A stretch of 64,000 bases of DNA from the IMG/VR virus record IMGVR_UViG_3300024432_002033; one strand, written 5' to 3'. The notes beneath the pieces were generated by a model. The model had not been told where the DNA came from. It did no database searches and saw only the letters and a program-made list of their open reading frames with translations. Shown here one piece after another: positions 9,326-18,755 of this stretch. Each line of letters starts with the position of its first letter. Position 1 is the first letter of the stretch. Source of the DNA: an uncultured virus (IMG/VR IMGVR_UViG_3300024432_002033). Its lineage: Duplodnaviria > Heunggongvirae > Uroviricota > Caudoviricetes. The translations under genes were made by a program, and so were the position numbers.

Positions 9326-9622
9326 ATGATTGGCATAACTGAAAGTGGACTCAAGATGAGCGAAATAAAGTTTGAGATGAGACGAGTCGATGAGAAGCGC
9401 AAAAAAACATACCTGAAGAAAAGCAGATACGATCCGATAATTGACCAATTCATTGCGGGTGGAGAGGAACTTGTGGAGATAACCGTTGAAGATAAGAAGG
9501 CACCTTACGTCGCAACTCAGCTAAAGAAGAGGATAGATTTGAGGGAACTTCAAACCGAGATCGATGCTTCAGCTGCTGGAGGATTCGTCTACCTGGAGAA
9601 GATAACCACCGAATCAGTTTAG
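9326..9622 (+). CDS. small archaeal-type protein, paralog of the C-terminus of 8204..9265
   Basis: YDPIIDQF...VEITVEDK...VYLEK. Confidence 0.7.
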   Translation: MIGITESGLKMSEIKFEMRRVDEKRKKTYLKKSRYDPIIDQFIAGGEELVEITVEDKKAPYVATQLKKRIDLRELQTEIDASAAGGFVYLEKITTESV

Positions 9623-9674
9623 GGTCAGGACGGAAGGTTAATTGGTCCATTACTACAAAGAAGACCGAGATTAA

Positions 9675-10232
9675 ATGTTAAGCCCTGAGGACCTGGACGA
9701 GGTCAATCAGCCCGCAAACCCGAAGCTGAATGAGACAGTACACCAATTTCTCCTAAGGCAGAAGCGACTAGCCGATGAACGGAAATACCCCCCGGGAACG
9801 ATTTTTCAATGTATCAGATGCGGGGACTGCTGCCGCTACAATTACTTCCACATGAACATCGAGGAAAAGAGCCTCCTGGACCAACTTCATATGCTCGGAA
9901 AAAACCCGCATGGATACTGGGCACTCATGGACGACGGCAAGCTCACCTGCTACATGCCATTATGGAATAACCATAAATCTAACATGCTCTCCTTCGAAGG
10001 ACCCCTGCCCGAAAGACATATAGATTTCCTGATGCAGACGAAGAGACGCCACGGATATTGGATCCTCGCGACGGAAATAGACGAGATAATAGTCTACAAT
10101 CCAACTCCCTGCATGCATCTGATCGACGGCACACTGGCATCATGCGCCATATACGACGACAGACCTGAGATATGCAGAACGTATATCTGCAGGCGGTATC
10201 CTTTAAAAAATGAACTAGATCATTCGAGATAA
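9675..10232 (+). CDS. YkgJ-family CxxCxxCC cysteine-cluster protein
   Basis: CIRCGDCC...CMHL...CAIYDDRPEICRTY. Confidence 0.85.
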   Translation: MLSPEDLDEVNQPANPKLNETVHQFLLRQKRLADERKYPPGTIFQCIRCGDCCRYNYFHMNIEEKSLLDQLHMLGKNPHGYWALMDDGKLTCYMPLWNNHKSNMLSFEGPLPERHIDFLMQTKRRHGYWILATEIDEIIVYNPTPCMHLIDGTLASCAIYDDRPEICRTYICRRYPLKNELDHSR

Positions 10233-10429
10233 CCCAGCTTTCGGAGGCGTTCTTTGATGATTTCCTCCTCTTCCTCGGTATAGGTGGGTTGTTCGAGTTC
10301 ATGGAATCTCTGCATGACGAGAGTTTCGATGAAATCCTCCACACTCTTAAAGCTGGTTCCCTTAATGTTTGCCTGAATCTCCCTGATGAGGTTCTCGGGT
10401 AGCCTGATCTGTAGCAAACGAGTTGACAT
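10220..10429 (-). CDS. ribbon-helix-helix (CopG-like) regulator
   Basis: IRLPENLI...FKSVEDFI...EEEEIIKERLRKLGYL. Confidence 0.85.
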   Translation of the reverse strand: MSTRLLQIRLPENLIREIQANIKGTSFKSVEDFIETLVMQRFHELEQPTYTEEEEEIIKERLRKLGYLE

Positions 10430-10515
10430 GGAAAAATCATGGATGGCGTTCTAAATTAGTTTAACCCCTCAAATTGTGATGGTATGGAGCGCGGTATGGA
10501 AAGCTTTTCATATTC

Positions 10516-10534
10516 GGTTGTCGTCAGTATAACC
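10516..10534. promoter_or_regulatory. operator B copy directly before gene 10537
   Basis: tcGGTTG-TCGTCAGTA-TAACCga. Confidence 0.6.
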
Positions 10535-10536
10535 GA

Positions 10537-10800
10537 TTGGCCTTGGTGAGAAGTTTCGTCCTGATCGAGGAAGAGAGGGAGACGATCAGGGACTACATTG
10601 AGAACCTGCCGGAGCGCATGCCGGGGAGGGTCAGACGCATGAGGCACTGGCTCTTCAAGACCGACCTTGATGAGATGGAATCGGATATCAAGCTGCTTAG
10701 AGTCTTGAAGGAGCTAGAGGTGCCCATAGGCCGGACGAAAGGGGCAGGTTGGACCGATCAGAGAGGTAAATTCGTCGTGCGTAGAACCGAGGGCGGATAG
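10537..10800 (+). CDS. hypothetical protein, candidate regulator
   Basis: 87-aa ORF behind operator B. Confidence 0.55.
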   Translation: MALVRSFVLIEEERETIRDYIENLPERMPGRVRRMRHWLFKTDLDEMESDIKLLRVLKELEVPIGRTKGAGWTDQRGKFVVRRTEGG

Positions 10801-10809
10801 CTGATCCAC

Positions 10810-11160
10810 TCAATGAGAGATGTTGGATTCTATCTTGGGATTGATCGTTTCCGTGGTCTGAGGTTCGACGGTTTCGACGGTCCTCAGCTTCTCTTCGAGC
10901 GTGGTGAGTTGCTCGGTTTTAACGTTAAGTTCGTCGGTCTTGACGTTGAGCTCATTTCTGAGCATCTCAACTTCCTGCAATAGAGCTTCGTCGGCTTTCA
11001 GGTAGACCTCTTCCAGGCTCCGGCGCGGGCAGTCGTTGTAACTGCAGTTTCTGCCGATCCACATGCAGAAGACTCCTCCCGGACCGGCCGCGGCACTGCA
11101 AGCCTTCTTCACTATGTTCTTCCACTGATTGAATTTCTTTATCCAGATATTAGTCTCCAA
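10810..11160 (-). CDS. Cys-motif plus coiled-coil protein
   Basis: GGAGG SD, C-terminal heptads. Confidence 0.6.
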   Translation of the reverse strand: METNIWIKKFNQWKNIVKKACSAAAGPGGVFCMWIGRNCSYNDCPRRSLEEVYLKADEALLQEVEMLRNELNVKTDELNVKTEQLTTLEEKLRTVETVEPQTTETINPKIESNISH

Positions 11161-11318
11161 TTTTGACCTCCCTCTGCCTATTCTTCCTGACGGTGACCTT
11201 CACCTTGGGCGCCTTCGTCGGGTATATCTCCTTATACTTCATTCGTTTATCTATGTCAGCTTCCGTCGTCAGCCCGCTGGCCTCGGATTCCTCGCTCATC
11301 ATGATCATCAACTGCTGC

Positions 11319-14183
11319 TCATTTATTTACCCTTGTCTTCGAGCGGCCTAGGCCCAAGTTTCTGAGTTGCCTATCATGGGCGTCTAGGAGGGAGAACTCG
11401 GTCAGCTCTCGGCTTCGCCTGTCCCCCTCGCCGAGTAGGAGGGTGATCCTGAGGTCTAGATCGGGCCCCAGCTCGTATTGGATGTCATCGATGAATGTTG
11501 AGACGTTGTCGAAGGGATCGACGTTCAGATAAAGTTGTGAGCTGTAGCCCGCTTCAAAGCGGGGGTCCCCGTCGATGAGAGCCCTCACGGGTCTCATGGT
11601 TTCCTCCTCCTGTGCGATTATTCCTTCGGCTCGGGCTACGGCCTCGTTGAGATTCTCCATCTCCTTCGAGATCATCATTCTGTATCGGTATGGTGGGGTG
11701 GGCGCGGTGGCGCTGGGCTCGTATCTCAGTTTCCTTTCGAAGTGGAGTTGGCTGAAGCATATCGTCCAGCCCCCCTTCACGGATACTGTCGCTCCATGAG
11801 GATCGGTATAATAATCATTTATCACGCCTTTGTCGAGCTCGAGGTTATCGAGGCCCCAGAGGCCGACGACTCTGATTCGCACGTCCTCCGAGTCTCCGCT
11901 GTCCTTGAGTATGTATGTGTTTGGAAACTGAAAGGTCTTCCTCGTGCTGCCGCTGGCGAAGTATTCGGGATGTAAGACCCTCAGATATTCCTCGCCGGCG
12001 AGGGCAGGGGCTAGGAGGGGTTGGCCGGGACCATGGCCTGGATTTGATTCGTTACATGACACGAATATGGAGACCCAGTTGATATCAGTCGGATCCGGAG
12101 GCACCCAGATCCCATGTATCACGTCCCAGGCATCGTGTGCAGTCCAGCCGTTGAGATTGGTGACGTTGCCGTTTACGTCTACTTCGGGCAAGAGAAGCTC
12201 GATCTCGATCCACTCGTTGCTGTCGATGGTGTCTATCTCCTGGATGCCCCGTCCGAAGTAATATTGGTACCGATTGTTGAAGAATGCGCCTCCGGTGAGG
12301 TCCACGCCGCCAGTATGGAGCTGCAGGCGATATATGTTTCCGGTTCCGGGCTCGATCCTAGTGGCATGGCGGAATCTAAATTTGAGCTTCTGCCATTCCC
12401 TTAGGTCTAGGTGTAATTGACCGTATTGAAAGTCTCCGGATGCGTCGCGGTAAATGGATAGATTGAGATCAAAATTGTGAGCTAATTCGTTTTGAAAGCA
12501 TAGGGCAGATGCGACCTCATCATCGAAAATAAGGGTGGGATCGGCGTAAATATTGTCGGCTGGATTAGCAGGGGCAGGCATTGATGCCGCCGAGTATCCC
12601 CTCGGATTATTCGACAGATCGGGCCAGGTATCGGGGTTTTCGCACCAGGCATCTATGTCTGGGGGGATCGAGGATACCGTGGCATCGGTGACTATCACGT
12701 GGGTTATCCTTTCCGTCGTGTCCCCCATCACTATCTCGGGGAGATCGCGGATATTCGTGGTGAAACGAATACTGGGGGCAGGGGGAGCCGAGGTCCTCGG
12801 GTAGAGCATGACCCGTCTCCTGTAATCTATCCGCCATTCGTATGAGGCCTCGTCGCAGATATCGGTCATCACGTTATCCGCAGCTTCCTGATTGAACTCT
12901 TTCTTCCATTCGACGCCGATGATCTGAGCTATCTTCGCGTTGTTGCCAACCCAGTAGTCGTCTATCTCCTGGATCGGCGAGCCCACAAAACCGATGTCCG
13001 TGTCGAGGGGGGGAGGAGGAAGGTCTGTTATCGTCACGATCTCACCCGGGGAGACGTCGTCCCATATGAAGGCGGGGCCCGTCCAGAAGGGCGAGTTATC
13101 CGCTACAACGCATATCGTGGCCCAGTAGCCGCAATTCTGAGTGAGGGGGGCGGTCGCTGGAAAATAGGTCGGGTGCGCCGAGTATGTCCACCCCAGAGGC
13201 TTGGTGGCTCCTGGTACAAGCAAAAAGGCATTGACGTCGTCGAGAATGTCCTCCGCTATCCAGCGGAGGTCCGTGGCCTCCGTATAATTTCTAGGCAGAG
13301 AGGGACTTCCAAATATCTGGTCTTTCCATACATCCATGTAGTCTTTCCCAATTATCGCCGCGGTGATCTTGCCGTTTGCCCCATATCGGTAATAGCGCTT
13401 GCTGATGTATCCGCCCATCAGCCATTGGCGGCCAGCGCCTTCTCCATCGCCTCCTCCCGAGGGATTCCAGGAACCGTGGGGCTCGTTGCCGCCCGGGTCT
13501 GGGCCTCGCTGGACGCCCACCCAGAATTCGTCGTTGTCCTGGATCCAGATGGTGCCTTCTCTCAGCAGCTCCATATCGACACGGCCTTCGGGATGCGTAT
13601 CATCCGTGGCGTTGTCATTAATTTGGGACCGCATGACGCCGCTTTTCTCGGTAAGACCAGGCGAGAAATTGAGATCATCCAACAGGAATATGACGGGGCC
13701 TCTGTTAGTCAATCTCAGACCATTAGGGTCGATGCATAGGAGACCCCCGTAGGTATCTGCTTCGATGTCGACGGGCACCCTCCATTTGGAGATCCAGAAT
13801 CGCGCCGGAAGCTCTTCTTCACTGGAGCAGTATTGGATCGTGATCGTCGTGAAGGTCTGCTGGGGAGGGTATGGTGCCATTCCCGCGAAATTCGCAGTGA
13901 GGGTATGTGATCCGACCTCGACGATCCAGCCGATGGAGGACGTTGGATCTGGGTTGGGAATCGAATAATAACCGGTTTCATCCGTCGTGTCCGTGCCGAG
14001 GGAATTCCCATTATATGTTACGTCGATCGTTGCACCAACGATCGGACCCGAGTCGATCTTGACTCCGAATTCGTCATATTGATCGTATTCCAGATATCCA
14101 TAGACGGGAGGCGTGATCGCTTGGCAGGCGGGGTTGGTGCTCGGCGCGGAGATGCTGATGCGAGTTTCATACCAACCGGGCAT
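11319..14183 (-). CDS. tail tip / baseplate hub-like protein
   Basis: follows tape measure; N-terminal Ig/carboxypeptidase-regulatory-like domain; hub-like motifs GYISKR, YEWRIDY, FIDDIQY. Confidence 0.65.
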   Translation of the reverse strand: MPGWYETRISISAPSTNPACQAITPPVYGYLEYDQYDEFGVKIDSGPIVGATIDVTYNGNSLGTDTTDETGYYSIPNPDPTSSIGWIVEVGSHTLTANFAGMAPYPPQQTFTTITIQYCSSEEELPARFWISKWRVPVDIEADTYGGLLCIDPNGLRLTNRGPVIFLLDDLNFSPGLTEKSGVMRSQINDNATDDTHPEGRVDMELLREGTIWIQDNDEFWVGVQRGPDPGGNEPHGSWNPSGGGDGEGAGRQWLMGGYISKRYYRYGANGKITAAIIGKDYMDVWKDQIFGSPSLPRNYTEATDLRWIAEDILDDVNAFLLVPGATKPLGWTYSAHPTYFPATAPLTQNCGYWATICVVADNSPFWTGPAFIWDDVSPGEIVTITDLPPPPLDTDIGFVGSPIQEIDDYWVGNNAKIAQIIGVEWKKEFNQEAADNVMTDICDEASYEWRIDYRRRVMLYPRTSAPPAPSIRFTTNIRDLPEIVMGDTTERITHVIVTDATVSSIPPDIDAWCENPDTWPDLSNNPRGYSAASMPAPANPADNIYADPTLIFDDEVASALCFQNELAHNFDLNLSIYRDASGDFQYGQLHLDLREWQKLKFRFRHATRIEPGTGNIYRLQLHTGGVDLTGGAFFNNRYQYYFGRGIQEIDTIDSNEWIEIELLLPEVDVNGNVTNLNGWTAHDAWDVIHGIWVPPDPTDINWVSIFVSCNESNPGHGPGQPLLAPALAGEEYLRVLHPEYFASGSTRKTFQFPNTYILKDSGDSEDVRIRVVGLWGLDNLELDKGVINDYYTDPHGATVSVKGGWTICFSQLHFERKLRYEPSATAPTPPYRYRMMISKEMENLNEAVARAEGIIAQEEETMRPVRALIDGDPRFEAGYSSQLYLNVDPFDNVSTFIDDIQYELGPDLDLRITLLLGEGDRRSRELTEFSLLDAHDRQLRNLGLGRSKTRVNK

Positions 14184-14184
14184 C

Positions 14185-15342
14185 TTAGTAGCGGCTCCTT
14201 CCCCTTCGTCTCTGTAATTCTAGTCGGCGGATCTCCTCTCTGGCGGCTTCACCGCCCCTTCTGAGGGTGCCCTCGAGGTCTTGGACTCCGCTGATGTTGG
14301 CCCCCGCGAGGCTGATGCTGATGGAGATCTGGCCCTGGCCTCCGCCGGCCATCATCATAGCGACCTGCTCCCTCTGCATGATCACCTCACCAGCCTCCAC
14401 GCCGACGATGCCTCCTCGTCTCACCTCTCCGCCGAGCTGTTGTTGTCCTACATCGGCATAGCCTGCGGCCGCGCCACGGTATTCACCTCCTCCGAACCAG
14501 ACTTCTGCTGCGCTCTTCCGGACTTCGTCGATAGCCTCCCTGTAATCCTCCATGGAATCCGTGCCTTTGAGTGCTTCGTATCCTAGTTCGGCGCTTTCCC
14601 CTCGGGCGAAGGCGAGGCTCACTCCGGTATCAGCGGCCTGTGATTGTAAGGCCTTTAGTCGTGTCGTTAGCATACCTGTTGGATCCCCCGTCATCTCGAT
14701 TTCGCGTTTAACCGCCGCTATCTGGGCTTGTTGCTGAGCGCTCTGGACATTCAGGGCGGCCATTTCGACGCCCAAATTCCTTATATCGCCTTGAAGCACT
14801 TGGAGCTCGAGTTTTAGATCTTTAATCTCGCTTTTCCAGCGGCTGATGGGTGTTATCTGCTCGCCGATCCATGTGCCCAATTGCAGGCCGATGATCGCGC
14901 CGACCACAACTCCGAAGACATGGCCGGCGGCCGTTCCTGTCGTTAGGGCCGTCGATAGATGTTTGAATTCCTTCGCGAGGAAGCTGGTACTATCAGTCGT
15001 AGTGGCTATGAGGCGATCCGTCAATCTCATGGCTCCTATGCCGGCGCTGAGTGCCGCGGAGAATACATAGAGTCCCATGATTGTAGAATCGAGCGCTGGG
15101 CTCAACCCGCCAAATTCTCTCTTCAGGACAGATAATCCGATCGTCATCATCCTGAGGTCGAGAGCCAGGCCTCGCATGCTCGAGGAATATCCTCGAGCTG
15201 CGTTCGTTGCCTCTTTGTTGATTACGATGTTGTTGGTCTGCTGTACGTTGATGTCCCGTATCGCCTGCTGGGTTGCATCCGTGCTCCCCCTTTCGAGGAG
15301 CTGAATTAGGATCTCAGCGTTGATGGTGAAGCGTTCACCTAT
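14185..15342 (-). CDS. tape measure protein (probable ATA start at 15342, 385 aa)
   Basis: Ala/Gly-rich hydrophobic segments and coiled coil; frame open 55 codons upstream of ATG 15177; follows chaperone. Confidence 0.7.
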   Translation of the reverse strand: MGERFTINAEILIQLLERGSTDATQQAIRDINVQQTNNIVINKEATNAARGYSSSMRGLALDLRMMTIGLSVLKREFGGLSPALDSTIMGLYVFSAALSAGIGAMRLTDRLIATTTDSTSFLAKEFKHLSTALTTGTAAGHVFGVVVGAIIGLQLGTWIGEQITPISRWKSEIKDLKLELQVLQGDIRNLGVEMAALNVQSAQQQAQIAAVKREIEMTGDPTGMLTTRLKALQSQAADTGVSLAFARGESAELGYEALKGTDSMEDYREAIDEVRKSAAEVWFGGGEYRGAAAGYADVGQQQLGGEVRRGGIVGVEAGEVIMQREQVAMMMAGGGQGQISISISLAGANISGVQDLEGTLRRGGEAAREEIRRLELQRRRGRSRY

Positions 15343-15886
15343 TTCGGGGTTCCCCCTTTTTCTGCTTCCTTCCTCAATGTCTCCTCAACCCACGTAAGCG
15401 TCTCCAGCATCTTCGCGTCCTGCTCCCAGACGGGCTTATTCGGGTCGGGGAGCGTCGTCAGGTTTTTGCACGCCCAGAGCAGGGTTAAGTACGGGTGGCT
15501 TCGTCCTGTTCGGATTGCAGTAAAAAAATCCTCTTCTCCTTCTCCGTTAGCCCGTTGAGGACTCTACCCGCCTCGCGGAGGATGTCTCCAACATCGGGAT
15601 CGAGGTCTTTTTTGATGAAGTCGAGAGACCATACTATGGACTCCGGGCATTCGCGGACGGTGACATGCAGCATTCCCGCGTAGTAATCCTCTATCAGCAT
15701 CTTGATTATGCCACGTTTCTCGTCTATGACCTCAGATGATCTGGAGACGACGGCTTGTTTCTCATACCAACTCCAACGTCTGAGAGTGTATTCGCCGAGC
15801 TGCTCCTCGGGCGCGAAGGGAGCATCCTCCTTCGTTATGACGACGGTCTCCTCGCGATTGAAGGAGGGCGATTCTAGATCAGACAT
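15339..15886 (-). CDS. tail assembly chaperone (15485..15886) with -1 frameshift extension to 15339
   Basis: T TTT TTA heptamer at 15527-15521; -1 frame open to TAG at 15341-15339; lies between tube and tape measure. Confidence 0.8.
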
Positions 15887-15902
15887 GCTTTCATCTCTCT
15901 CA

Positions 15903-16712
15903 CTATGTAGGCCATGGAGGCCCTGTCGTGTCTATGGCCGTGAAGGGAAATCTTTTCGCCTGCAGGTCCTCGGGTCCAACCGGCGCCTCTAGGCGGCCCC
16001 AGCGGCAGGCATCTTGGTTGATCAGGTCCACGCTGTCGACCTCGATCGTTATGTTGAATTTAACCTGCTCAGACATGAGGTCGACCCATTCGTCGAAACT
16101 TTCGAGGTCCTTCACGATCAGCCCGGTCACGTCCCTGTGTCTTGCCTTGATGTCCCTAGTGGCACCGCTGGCGACGTTGCCGAGGCGCTGAAGATTGTTG
16201 TTGATCTCGTATCTCCAGCTCCACCACTTAGTCTCGGGATCCACCGCCGGGCCGATTGTCAGGCTGGAGTCGGACCAGCGGTAGGGCGTGACATTGTGGT
16301 CGCCCCAGCTAAACGAGACAAGGTCAGTTACGTTTTCGGCCCACAGCTCTATCGTGGCCGTTATCGCCTCGTTATGCCTCGCCTCTACGCTTACCCTGTT
16401 GAAGCGGGGCCACTCGAAAGAGAGGCCGTCGGCGCCATCATTATAGACGTAGTGGAGATATTTTGGCATGGTCTGCCCGTCCTGGTACGATTCGATGAAG
16501 TTTATGTTGGTGGGCAGAATATCCATTGTGAACTGTGGCTGCCTCATGCCGAGTAATATGTTATACAGCCCCCTCCTGCCGGTGCCCCGGATGTTGATGT
16601 TGCTTGTATCGAGGATTGGATTGAGTCTGGTCGTGATCCCGATGGCTGTGGCGGCACCAGTGTTACCGCTCGTGTAGATTACCTCTTCGAATCCACCGTA
16701 TATCGAGGACAA
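15903..16712 (-). CDS. major tail tube protein
   Basis: position, beta-rich 269 aa, WRYEINNNLQR...RDVTG motif. Confidence 0.75.
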   Translation of the reverse strand: MSSIYGGFEEVIYTSGNTGAATAIGITTRLNPILDTSNINIRGTGRRGLYNILLGMRQPQFTMDILPTNINFIESYQDGQTMPKYLHYVYNDGADGLSFEWPRFNRVSVEARHNEAITATIELWAENVTDLVSFSWGDHNVTPYRWSDSSLTIGPAVDPETKWWSWRYEINNNLQRLGNVASGATRDIKARHRDVTGLIVKDLESFDEWVDLMSEQVKFNITIEVDSVDLINQDACRWGRLEAPVGPEDLQAKRFPFTAIDTTGPPWPT

Positions 16713-16776
16713 ATGGTTACACCCACCCTAACTATTTACAAGGGTGCTTAAAACGGTTACACCCACCCTAACTATT
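16711..16776 (-). promoter_or_regulatory. two tandem operator B copies (40-bp period)
   Basis: AATAGTTAGGGTGGGTGTAACC twice. Confidence 0.75.
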
Positions 16777-16798
16777 ACAGGGGCGTTCACAGATTTTT

Positions 16799-17239
16799 TC
16801 AGGCCGTCGGAGTCGCATATCTCTGGAAGTTGATGACCTCCCATTCCCCGGCTATTCCGACATACGTCTGTCCACCATACTGCAGTAATCCGGGATCCCA
16901 ACTGCGGGGCAGGGCCTTCCAGCATGTGCCGTCATGTGTAATATCGGCCATGAGCGCGTCATAGGCAGGGGACATCTCCTTCCGCAGGTCCGCGGGAGAC
17001 ACCCCGGTCTCCGTTGTCAGGATCAGGACGAAGATTGTAACCCGGTGCTGAAGATTTTGCATACCCACGGAGGTAATTTTATCCGTGCCCGCAATGACCA
17101 TGGCCTTCGTGCCTTGTCCCTTGTATACGTTTTCTCCCTCATCTATCTCGTCGAAGAGCCCCGTATTTTCAAGCTCCTCCTTGAACTTCGCGATCACCGG
17201 CTCGAAAATGTCCTCAAGATCAGGAGAATAACTCGACAT
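16799..17239 (-). CDS. tail terminator / completion protein
   Basis: size and position upstream of the tube gene. Confidence 0.6.
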   Translation of the reverse strand: MSSYSPDLEDIFEPVIAKFKEELENTGLFDEIDEGENVYKGQGTKAMVIAGTDKITSVGMQNLQHRVTIFVLILTTETGVSPADLRKEMSPAYDALMADITHDGTCWKALPRSWDPGLLQYGGQTYVGIAGEWEVINFQRYATPTA

Positions 17240-17778
17240 TATCCCTCGACCTCCCAGAACCAAGCGCCAGGCATATCGGGAGTATCCTCCTTCGCCTTCG
17301 CCTCCCGGAAAACTTCATCCGCGGCCTCACCCGCTTTCTCAGTGAATAAACGTATTGTCACCTGCTTCATTGCGTTGGCGGATTCGGTGATGAAGGGATG
17401 GTCCACGGTGAAGGCCTCCCGCATACCTATGAATCTCCACCTTCCCTCCATTATCTTAACGACATGATTGATCGGCGTCTGAGCTGTGAACGAGCGAGCC
17501 GCGTGACGGGCATGTTCCAGGGGACTCCCGACTCGGATCCAATATTCGCTATCGCTTAGCCGCGTCACCCCTCCATCGATTGACTGCTCGAGAGCTCCGG
17601 TGCTCTTCTCGCCGACGGAGCCTCGAATAGAATCCTTCATGCTATCGACGCCGACCTTCATCACCTGGTTGACTATCCTGCCAACCACAGGCTTCCCCAT
17701 CCTCACGGGAAGTTGCGCGACGAAGTACTGAGCAGCGCCTAGGCCCTTCGACGTTATCCTAACTTCGGTTTCAGCCAT
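17239..17778 (-). CDS. HK97 gp10-like neck protein
   Basis: STGALEQSI...VGSPLEHA...HPFITESA pattern. Confidence 0.7.
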   Translation of the reverse strand: MAETEVRITSKGLGAAQYFVAQLPVRMGKPVVGRIVNQVMKVGVDSMKDSIRGSVGEKSTGALEQSIDGGVTRLSDSEYWIRVGSPLEHARHAARSFTAQTPINHVVKIMEGRWRFIGMREAFTVDHPFITESANAMKQVTIRLFTEKAGEAADEVFREAKAKEDTPDMPGAWFWEVEG

Positions 17779-18755
17779 TATTGCGTCCTCCTCATAAGCC
17801 ACAGATACCAGGGAGTGTAATCGGTTGGCTCGGGCGGGATGTCTTCCATGCTGAATACAGGCTCCTCGTCGTCCGTGCTCGTGATCATTACGTCTCCACC
17901 CTGTGAGGTTACGTAGAATTCCAGTGCCTTATCCATTTTTTCGCGCCAGTGATTCATAGCCCTCTCCTCGTCGCCGATGGCGGTGATAGTTACTGGGGCC
18001 ATGGTGGGGATCACGCGGGTGGTAAAGGTCTTGGCTTTCCGCGCGTAGAGGGCGGCAACGGTGCCGTAGGTCGTTGCGCGCCTGATAAGTTTCGGGGTGA
18101 GGACGATGTCAGTCCATTCCGAATAATCAAGCCCAGCGTTTATCAGATAGCTCTGGATGTCCTGCATGACGCCCTCGATGACGTATTCGAAGATGGCGTT
18201 CCCGATGAGGCTCTCATTCAGCTCCACGACGCCGTTGACATAGCGACGATTAGTCCACAACCGGTATGCTTGTCGGGCCCAGAATAAAGCTGGGAGGTCG
18301 AGGCTCGTAGAATGCCTCGTAATGAAGACGCCGCCCAGGTCTTCCCAGTGGCAGATCTCGACTCTCGCGTTTAGATCCCTCGAAGTGGTGTGGCGTATGA
18401 CAGACCGACCGAGGATCTCCCGTGGGATCCCCGTATGCCTGATGACTGATCGATTGAAGAGCTCAACGGGGACGCCGTCGTGCCTTGTGACGCCTTTGCC
18501 GAGCAGCTCAGCGGTGGCCTGAGCCTCGAATCTGCCCAATAGCTCAGCGGTGGCCTGAGCCTCGAATCTGCCCAGTAGCTCAGCGGAGCCCTGGCCGACC
18601 TCGGCCTTGCCCAGTAGCTCAGCGGTGGCCTGAGCCTCGAATCTGCCGAGTAGCTGCCGCGAGAAGAGATTCCTGATGATCCCCCGGGCGGGGAGACCAG
18701 CCGAGTCCTGTCCCACTTCGAGTTTGGCATAGAGGTCTATGGATCCATCTGCCAT
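17778..18755 (-). CDS. putative head-tail adaptor with N-terminal ELLG repeats (paralog 1)
   Basis: starts MADGS, TGATG-coupled to the upstream stop; C-terminal TPKLIRRATTYGTVAALY domain. Confidence 0.65.
   Translation of the reverse strand: MADGSIDLYAKLEVGQDSAGLPARGIIRNLFSRQLLGRFEAQATAELLGKAEVGQGSAELLGRFEAQATAELLGRFEAQATAELLGKGVTRHDGVPVELFNRSVIRHTGIPREILGRSVIRHTTSRDLNARVEICHWEDLGGVFITRHSTSLDLPALFWARQAYRLWTNRRYVNGVVELNESLIGNAIFEYVIEGVMQDIQSYLINAGLDYSEWTDIVLTPKLIRRATTYGTVAALYARKAKTFTTRVIPTMAPVTITAIGDEERAMNHWREKMDKALEFYVTSQGGDVMITSTDDEEPVFSMEDIPPEPTDYTPWYLWLMRRTQ

Noticed and set aside
16711..16776. Direct repeat as a mini-CRISPR
   Set aside because: Only two units at 40-bp period, no cas genes; both are operator B copies
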